Shown: positions 57,491 through 64,000 of the stretch, piece after piece
Layout of the letters: each line of letters begins with the position of its first letter
Numbering within the stretch: the stretch's first letter is position 1
From: Candidatus Brocadiia bacterium
GTDB taxonomy: Bacteria > Planctomycetota > Brocadiia > SM23-32
Length of the DNA stretch: 64,000 bases
Reading direction: 5' to 3'
Assembly (NCBI GenBank): GCA_046538485.1
Contig: JBKHIT010000017.1
Coordinates: forward strand, 17,886-81,885
The notes under the pieces: generated by a model
Told to the model about the DNA's origin: nothing
Databases searched by the model: none
Seen by the model: only the letters and a program-made list of their open reading frames with translations
Made by a program: the position numbers and the translations under genes

Positions 57491-59305
57491 TTACAGGTCC
57501 TTCAAGCCAGGTATTGCTTTTTTGAGCTTGCGCACGCCCTCTTCCGTAACTTCGGTTTGACTGAGATCGATCTCCCGCAGGTTCTTCAGTCCTTTCAGAT
57601 GCTCAAGGCCCTTGTCTGTAACTTTTGTGTTGTAGAGCCAAAGCTCCCGCAGGTTTTTCAGCCCCTCGAGATGCTCAAGGCCGTCGTCTGTTATGTTATT
57701 ATTGGATCCGAGATAAAGCACCCGCAGGTTCTTCAGTCCCCTCAGATGTTTCAGCCCTTCCTCGGTAATCCTCGTATCCCAGAGGTTAAGCTCTCGCAGG
57801 TTCTCCAGCCCCCGCAGATGCTCAAGACCCTCACCGGTGATTTTCGTTTCCCCCAGGAAAAGTGCCCTCAGATGTTGGAACTCCACCAGATGCCTCAGAC
57901 CTTTATCAGTAATATTTGTCCGGTCGAGGCCAAGCTCCTCCAGGTTCTTCAAACCCTTCAGATGTTCCAGACCCTTGTTAGTGATATTTCCCCGTAAATA
58001 GAGCTTATGTAGGTTTACCAATCCATTTAAGTGTTGCAGGCCCTTGTCAGTGACTCGCGTTTTCGCCACAGAAAGCTTTTGTAGGCTGTTCATCCCTTTC
58101 AGATGCTTCAGACCCTCGTCGGTGATTTTCGTATAATCGAGATCAAGCTTCCGCAGGTTATCCAGCCCAGTAAGTTGCTGCAGCCCCTTATCCGTGAAGT
58201 TTGAGCATCCGACAAGAAATTGTCGTAGATTCTTTAGTTCGCTCAGATGCTTCAGGCTCTCACCCGTGACTTTCGTAGATTCGAGGTTAAGGAGCTGCAG
58301 GTTTTCCAGTACCGGAAAATGTTCCAGGCCCTTGTCTGTAACTTTCGCGCTTTCAAGGTGAAGCTCCCGCAGCTTTTGCAGCTGTGCCAGATGCTTCAGG
58401 CCTGTACCGGTGACCTTGGTCCAGTCGAGGCGAAGTACCCGCAGCTCTGTCAACCCCTCCAGGTGCCTCAGACCCTCGCCGGTAATTTTTGTGCCTTCAA
58501 GGTTAAGGTTCCTCAGGCTCTGTAGCTCGCCTATGTATTGCATTCCTTTGTCAGTAACTTTCGCCCGATAGAGGTTAAGCCGGCGCAGATCTGTGGCGCC
58601 TTTCAGGTACTTAAGGCCCGTGCCGGTGACTTTCGTATATTCGAGCCCAAGCTCCCGCAGTTTTCGGAGGTTCTTCAGGTGCCTGAGAGCCTCATCGGAC
58701 ACCCTGATGGCCCGAAGGTGAAGCTCCCGCAGCTTTCGCAGCTCTGCCAGATGCTTCAGGCCATCTTCGGTCATATGGTAAGGGCAGAGGCGAAGCCACT
58801 GCAGATTTTTCAGTCCCCTCACATGTTTCAGCCCCAAATCGCCGACTGCGTTGCCCTTTAAGTCAAGCCATCGCAAATGTTTCATCCGTTTCAAATGTGG
58901 CATGTCGAAGTTTGTGGTACCCGTAGGCAAATCGAACCCCGGGATTTTTTTTCGTCTCAGTTCCCCCGCCAACACTTCCCAGTCCAGATCGTCGGCGTGT
59001 TTCCGGGGCTTTACCCACCAGTATCGGCATTCAGGGATCTGGAGGGGTTTCTCGGACGGGGTTATGCCGATATACACCTCTTTCGATTCCCCCTCTTCGG
59101 TAACTTCCGCCCGCACGTAAAACTCCAGATCGGAGTTGAACGTGCGAGGACCGTAAGTCTCGGGCAGAGCCGATTCCTTCTCTTTCTCGGGCTGCGCTTG
59201 GGCTTCCGCCACCAATAACTTTTCGCATATGCCAGGAGAGAGCGCCCCCACTGTGCAGAAACACATCAATGCTACCAACCCTCTCGACAGCCAACGTGTG
59301 CGCAT
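57491..59305 (-). CDS. Secreted leucine-rich repeat protein (19 x ~24-aa LRR)
   Basis: AGGAGG RBS; N-terminal signal/anchor; repeats LxxLxLxxTxVTDxGLxHLxGLxx; cap GVRKLKKAIPG. Confidence 0.93.
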   Translation of the reverse strand: MRTRWLSRGLVALMCFCTVGALSPGICEKLLVAEAQAQPEKEKESALPETYGPRTFNSDLEFYVRAEVTEEGESKEVYIGITPSEKPLQIPECRYWWVKPRKHADDLDWEVLAGELRRKKIPGFDLPTGTTNFDMPHLKRMKHLRWLDLKGNAVGDLGLKHVRGLKNLQWLRLCPYHMTEDGLKHLAELRKLRELHLRAIRVSDEALRHLKNLRKLRELGLEYTKVTGTGLKYLKGATDLRRLNLYRAKVTDKGMQYIGELQSLRNLNLEGTKITGEGLRHLEGLTELRVLRLDWTKVTGTGLKHLAQLQKLRELHLESAKVTDKGLEHFPVLENLQLLNLESTKVTGESLKHLSELKNLRQFLVGCSNFTDKGLQQLTGLDNLRKLDLDYTKITDEGLKHLKGMNSLQKLSVAKTRVTDKGLQHLNGLVNLHKLYLRGNITNKGLEHLKGLKNLEELGLDRTNITDKGLRHLVEFQHLRALFLGETKITGEGLEHLRGLENLRELNLWDTRITEEGLKHLRGLKNLRVLYLGSNNNITDDGLEHLEGLKNLRELWLYNTKVTDKGLEHLKGLKNLREIDLSQTEVTEEGVRKLKKAIPGLKDL

Positions 59306-59335
59306 GGTATGCCCTCCTGTACCCAAAAAAACGCC

Positions 59336-59358
59336 GCGAAACTGGACTTGAGGCGGAC
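59336..59358 (+). repeat. Fragment of element X
   Basis: GCGAAACTGGACTTGAGGCGGAC identical to the 3' arm at 37705-37727 and 63781-63803. Confidence 0.8.
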
Positions 59359-59495
59359 CAACACCAGACAGAGCCTGACCCAAACTGATTTGAAACCAGA
59401 CTCAACCGGCCGTATTATACCGTCTCGCCTCCCCATGTATAGAATCACAACCACGGGCCTGAAATGAACACAAAGCGGAAAGTGGACTGGCAAGA

Positions 59496-60332
59496 ATGCT
59501 TGAAAATATCTCTCCTCCACAAGCAACGTCGAAACAGCTGAAAGAGCTGGTCGCGAACCGGCGCGGGTTTGTATTCGACCTCGACGGCACGGTGTACCTG
59601 GGAGACAGTCTTATCCCTCAGGCCGACAAAGTAATCGCAAACATCAGAGATATGGGACGGAAAACGGCCTTTCTGACGAATAAACCCATCGCCTCACGCG
59701 AGGAATACGTGGAAAAACTCAACAAGCTGGGGATCCCCTGTGACGAGGATGATGTCATAAATTCGTCCCTCGTTCTGGCCCGATATCTGAGCAAAAACTA
59801 TCCCGGAGCGGCCGTATACCCCGTCGCCGAACAACCCGTCATCCGCGATCTTGAAGAACACGGCTTGAAAATCAGTGACGATCCGGAGAAAATCGAGGTC
59901 GTCGCGGTGTCGTGGGACCGTGATTTTCACTATGACAAGCTGCGCATTGCCTACGAAGCAGCGATGACCGGAGCTGAATTAGTCGCAACAAACCCGGACC
60001 GCACGTGTCCGATGCCGGGGTATCGTCTCCCGGATGCCGCCTGCATGATCGCGGCCATTGAAGCCTGCACCGAACGCGAGGTCAGCCCGATCGTCGGCAA
60101 ACCGTCCCGTATTATGCTGGAAGAGGTCATGGGGTTGCTCGATCTGGCACCGGAGGAATGCGCGATGTTCGGGGATCGACTGGGAACCGACATAAAAATG
60201 GCGCGGGATGCCGGACTGCAAGCCGTGCTGGTCCTCACAGGCGTCACCGAGGCGGACCGGCTCGATCCGTTGCCGCCGCAAGTTGATCTTGTCGTCAATA
60301 GTATTGCCGATCTTCTCCCAGTATTGGAGTAG
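59496..60332 (+). CDS. HAD-IIA (NagD-like) phosphatase
   Basis: FDLDGTVY, LTN, ATNPD, GKPS, GDRLGTDI, VLTGV. Confidence 0.93.
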   Translation: MLENISPPQATSKQLKELVANRRGFVFDLDGTVYLGDSLIPQADKVIANIRDMGRKTAFLTNKPIASREEYVEKLNKLGIPCDEDDVINSSLVLARYLSKNYPGAAVYPVAEQPVIRDLEEHGLKISDDPEKIEVVAVSWDRDFHYDKLRIAYEAAMTGAELVATNPDRTCPMPGYRLPDAACMIAAIEACTEREVSPIVGKPSRIMLEEVMGLLDLAPEECAMFGDRLGTDIKMARDAGLQAVLVLTGVTEADRLDPLPPQVDLVVNSIADLLPVLE

Positions 60333-60335
60333 AAA

Positions 60336-63041
60336 ATGGCGCGAATAGCCGACAACGAGGTCCTCGGCGACCTCCTTGAAGAAAAAACCGGTGGTGATGT
60401 CACCGCGGAAGCAATTTCTCAGTTTCTGAAGGATGCCCGGGATTTCGCGCGCGACGAATTCACAGAAACCCGGCGCGGCAAACGCTGTTCACGGTTTTTA
60501 AGTCGCGCCGCCGATCACGCTCTGCGTGCGCTGATCACGTCCTTCGATACCGGGGGGCTGCAGCTGTGCTGGATTGCAACCGGAGGCTACGGACGCGGAA
60601 TGCTCAGTGCGGGAAGTTCGGTCCGGGTACTTTTGCTTCACGGAGGCCGGGACCGTGATGCCGCCCATGCCCTCTCCCTGGAGGCAAGCGGTATTCTTAG
60701 CGAAGCCATACCGGCAAGTGGACTCTCCCTCCACACATCCCCGGAAATCATCAGGCTGATGCACGATGACGCCATCCAGGCGTCCGCGTTGCTTGAGACC
60801 CGTCTTCTGGCCGGATCAAGAACGGTGTACAACCGTTTCCGATCGGATATTGAACAGAAATTTATGATCCCGGCCTGGGGGACTTTCGGGGAACAGGTGC
60901 TGGAAGAATCGCTGGCTCGACGAGATCCCTACACCAGTTCTCCGTATCGGACCGAACTGAATCTGAAAGAGAGCGCTGGCTGCCTGCGCGATGTGGGCAT
61001 GCTCCAGAAACTCGCCACTGTGCTCCAGAAGGTTCCGGAACTGGAGCGATTCCTCGCCTCCTACGGCGGCTCGGGAAACGGCCCACTCCTGCCGGTGGAG
61101 AACACTCACCTCGACGATGCACTTGGTTTTCTTGTTGCCGCCCGGAACGAGTTGCATTTCACGGCGGGACCCGAATCCGACACGTTACGGATGAAAACTC
61201 AGATGGGCGTCGCCGATGGGCTGGGGTACGGGGGTCGCGAGTCCCCGGAAGAATCCGTGGCGGATTTTATGAGCGACCTGTTCCAGCACACCGGACGGGT
61301 GGCCTGGTTGTTGAGAACGGTGCAGGAACGCTTTGAGCACCTCCATGCGGTGGCCTGGGAGAAACCCGGGAGGGTTCCGCGCCGTGAGATCGAAAATCAG
61401 TTCTCCGAAGTGGAAGGGAAACTCTATAACGCCGCCTCACCGCCGTTCAGCGGAGAGGAACCCCAGCGCATGATGCAGGCTTTCCTGCTGAGTCAGCGCC
61501 GCCATCTGCCGATCAGCCAGACACTCCTCGATGAAGTCGACGCGCATCTGCAATTCGTCGATGATGCTTTCCGCAAGGATCCCGAGATCGGCACCATTTT
61601 CATGGACCTGCTCGGCGGAAGTGTCGGAGTCGGACGGAGCCTGAGCCGGATGCGGGACTGCGGTCTTTTGCAGAAATACATTCCCGAGCTTCAGCCGATC
61701 ATGCGGCGGGTCGATTACGAGCTCAGCTCCGAATATACCCTCGACGAACACATGCTGGAGGCGCTTCGGATCATCGACGAACTGGCGCATACCCGCCAGG
61801 AGAGCGATTTAAACCAGCGAGAACTGCTGAGCCAGATTGGCCGACCGTGCCTGTTGCGTCTGGCAATTCTACTCCACCAGCTGAACGAACCCGGGGAGGC
61901 GGTTGAACGCATCGGGGATAGGATCGGACTTTCCAGGGCCGACAGGAAGACGATAGCATTTTTGGTCCAAAATCGCCATTTATTGACCCGGCTTGCCGAA
62001 CGACATGATTTTGATGACGAAACGGCGTTTGAATTGGCGGCGGAACAGATCACCGACGATCAGTCACTTAAAATGCTCTATTTGATGAGCTATGCCGATT
62101 CGAAGGCCGCGGGCAAACTGGGCTGGTTCGCGTGGCGGGACGCATTGCTTTACGAGGTCTATCAGAAACTTCTCGCAATTATTTCGCCCGAATTTCGCCC
62201 CCGGGCAACCCCGGAATCTTTCCGGGAACGACTTTTCGAACTCGCCGAAGAACAGGGCGGAGAGGAACGCCGGGCCGCCGCGGCTCGTCTGGCGGATGCC
62301 GCACCCGAACGATACGCCGTCGAAGTCTCGGCCGAAGAAGCCCTCAACCACCTCGACCTCATCGACGAGCTGACGGACCTACCAGCATCGATGAATGTTT
62401 CGTGCGAAGGCGACTCCGCACAGGTCTGGCTTTGCACCGCGGACGTCCCCGCACGCTTCTCCCAGATGGCCGGAGTCCTCACCGCACATGAACTCAACAT
62501 CCTGAGTGCACACGCTTTCTCTCTTACCGACGGGACAGTGCTCGACCGGTTCATTGTTCATCGACCCGAACGTAAGCCCATCAACCCCAACGAAAGGTTC
62601 TGGGACGAAGTCCGTGCGACGCTCGTCGGATCGGTAACTAATGAGATTGATCTCGACGGGCTCGTGGCCGACAAATTGCAGAAGAGGGAGAAAGAATCGG
62701 CGGCACCGGCAAGACGGGGCGTGACGAATGTGAATTTCGATACCGAGAGCAGCGGCCGGTTCACGATTCTCGATCTGGTCGCCTGGGACCGGCTGGGCTT
62801 GCTTTATTCGCTGGCTCGAGAACTGGGGGAACTGGGGGTTAACATAGAATTCGCCCTCATATCCACGCGGCTCGACGTAGCATCAGACGTTTTTTACGTC
62901 AACGACTCAGAAACGGGGAGCAAGATTACTGACGAAACGCGTCTGGATGAAATTCGCGAAAGACTGCGCGCTGCTGCTGAGACGAAATCGCGAATTAAGA
63001 GAGAAACAGAAACTCCCTCTGACGCCGATTTTTGGCCTTGA
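60336..63041 (+). CDS. glnD: GlnD-like [protein-PII] uridylyltransferase homolog with degenerate catalytic motifs
   Basis: GGYGRG, NLKES.GCLRD, RNELHF, YTLDEH and two C-terminal ACT domains (DRLGLL, DVFYV); DxD and HD motifs altered. Confidence 0.85.
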   Translation: MARIADNEVLGDLLEEKTGGDVTAEAISQFLKDARDFARDEFTETRRGKRCSRFLSRAADHALRALITSFDTGGLQLCWIATGGYGRGMLSAGSSVRVLLLHGGRDRDAAHALSLEASGILSEAIPASGLSLHTSPEIIRLMHDDAIQASALLETRLLAGSRTVYNRFRSDIEQKFMIPAWGTFGEQVLEESLARRDPYTSSPYRTELNLKESAGCLRDVGMLQKLATVLQKVPELERFLASYGGSGNGPLLPVENTHLDDALGFLVAARNELHFTAGPESDTLRMKTQMGVADGLGYGGRESPEESVADFMSDLFQHTGRVAWLLRTVQERFEHLHAVAWEKPGRVPRREIENQFSEVEGKLYNAASPPFSGEEPQRMMQAFLLSQRRHLPISQTLLDEVDAHLQFVDDAFRKDPEIGTIFMDLLGGSVGVGRSLSRMRDCGLLQKYIPELQPIMRRVDYELSSEYTLDEHMLEALRIIDELAHTRQESDLNQRELLSQIGRPCLLRLAILLHQLNEPGEAVERIGDRIGLSRADRKTIAFLVQNRHLLTRLAERHDFDDETAFELAAEQITDDQSLKMLYLMSYADSKAAGKLGWFAWRDALLYEVYQKLLAIISPEFRPRATPESFRERLFELAEEQGGEERRAAAARLADAAPERYAVEVSAEEALNHLDLIDELTDLPASMNVSCEGDSAQVWLCTADVPARFSQMAGVLTAHELNILSAHAFSLTDGTVLDRFIVHRPERKPINPNERFWDEVRATLVGSVTNEIDLDGLVADKLQKREKESAAPARRGVTNVNFDTESSGRFTILDLVAWDRLGLLYSLARELGELGVNIEFALISTRLDVASDVFYVNDSETGSKITDETRLDEIRERLRAAAETKSRIKRETETPSDADFWP

Positions 63042-63066
63042 CATGGGGGAAAACGGCCTATATATT
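63038..63066 (+). promoter_or_regulatory. Promoter for the cold-shock gene
   Basis: TTGACA-17 bp-TATATT, implying a ~95-nt 5' leader as is usual for csp genes. Confidence 0.6.
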
Positions 63067-63167
63067 TAATTTTGCTGTAAAGATTCAATTTCTGCGTAGT
63101 TCCAGTGCCCGCGCCGAAATTCGACGGGGCAGTGTCAGCCTTGATTTTGCGGTAGGAGAAGCAGGAA

Positions 63168-63374
63168 GTGGCACCCGAAGGCACAGTAAAGTGGTTTGAT
63201 GATAAGAAAGGGTACGGCTTCATCGAAACCGACAACAGCGATGAAGACGTCTTTGTGCATTATAGCGCGATTAATATGGATGGGTTTAAAACCCTTGAAG
63301 AGGGTCAGCGCGTGAGTTTTGAAGTCGTGCCGAGCGATAAAGGACTCAAAGCAGACAACGTGCAGGCCGTATAA
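63168..63374 (+). CDS. Cold-shock protein (CspA family)
   Basis: GTVKWF, KGYGFI (RNP1), DVFVHYS (RNP2), GFKTLEEGQ. Confidence 0.97.
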   Translation: MAPEGTVKWFDDKKGYGFIETDNSDEDVFVHYSAINMDGFKTLEEGQRVSFEVVPSDKGLKADNVQAV

Positions 63375-63398
63375 GCACATCGTAACGTCAAAGTTTTC

Positions 63399-63440
63399 GC
63401 CCGCGCGCACGGGAGATCCCGTGCAGCGGGCATTTTGTTT
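63399..63440 (+). terminator. Intrinsic terminator after csp
   Basis: GCCCGC..GCACGGGA-GA-TCCCGTGC.GCGGGC followed by ATTTTGTTT. Confidence 0.75.
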
Positions 63441-63596
63441 CCTCACGCCCTGCCCTAACCCGGATATTTCATGAATCCAACGAGAAAATTATTCTAACGA
63501 CATTTATGGCAACAACTTAAGTGGCATTTAGGGAGCTTTCTATTGGTACACCCTGTACTTTGGCCCGAACAGAAAGGATTCACCCTGCGGGAGCGC

Positions 63597-64000
63597 CCTC
63601 AGCACTGAGGACTGTGTTGGACAACAGCACGCCGATTTTTACCCCGGAACCCCCAAAATGAAAGTGTGCCGTAAACATCGCTGTTTGCCGGGAGGTCTGT
63701 GGGCTGATGAGCCGCGTTATGAACCCCAGTCCGCTGGCAGAGAATGGAGACTCGAGTTCAGCTGAGCCCGCCAGCGGCGGGCGAAACTGGACTTGAGGCG
63801 GACAATTGCCGGAAAATGTAAATGCGCCTGGAATCTCAAGGGAAGTCGATCGCGTTCTGAACTCCAGCCCCGCACAGCGGCGCTGAAGTCCAGTCCGCTT
63901 GCCCGTCAACAGTTCAGTTGCGAAGGACTCCAGCGTCCCCAGGAGAGGGAACGGGATCCGGGATGGCTGAATCCAGCATTCTGTTCCGAAGGAAAATTAA
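63597..64000 (+). repeat. Dispersed element X, most complete copy (runs off the window end)
   Basis: Carries in order the 45-bp left module, the palindromic core and the right module found at 36859, 37595-37729 and 37802-37897. Confidence 0.92.

Noticed and set aside
57500..58900. Regular ~72-bp periodicity suggesting a CRISPR array
   Set aside because: The units are degenerate in-frame LRR codons with no constant repeat plus unique spacer, and no cas genes are present
63695..63790. Hammerhead-ribozyme-like words CTGATGAG ... GCGAAAC in element X (and CTGATGGCGAAAC at ~37032)
   Set aside because: No stem I or stem III can be built around a cleavage triplet, and CTGATGA is not conserved in the other copy (CTGATAG at ~37611)

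Overview
Bacterial chromosomal window, most likely from an anaerobic Planctomycetota/PVC organism (inferred from the prepilin-like gene next to a Tat sulfatase, the four-PDZ RseP, the DUF2092-redoxin fusion and the 24-aa LRR protein). It opens in the 5' end of the RNase P RNA gene (minus strand). Housekeeping genes include an lptF/G-type permease, purD, glyS, fabZ, mnmA, rseP-dxr-ispG, der, uvrA, a NagD-like HAD and a cold-shock protein. The main feature is a ~12 kb run of 14 co-oriented minus-strand sulfur genes under an IscR-like Rrf2 regulator: rrf2-cysK-cysE-thi4-DUF6775-like-MoaD/SAMP-like carrier-iscS-nadA-larE-iscU-thiF(frameshifted)-metY-metX-metW. Within it, a Cys-type (suicide) archaeal/eukaryotic-type Thi4 is translationally coupled to a degenerate archaemetzincin-like protein and a ubiquitin-like GG carrier; this is my best candidate for an undescribed system. 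Also present: an Rrf2-controlled nitrosative-stress operon (hcp, fprA) with clear tandem operators, a decaying LacI/prepilin/sulfatase locus, a GlnD whose two catalytic motifs are both degenerate, and several families of dispersed modular palindromic repeats clustered beside accessory secreted-protein genes. No CRISPR array, tRNA, rRNA, transposase or integrase was recognised. All family assignments come from recalled motifs, not from database searches.
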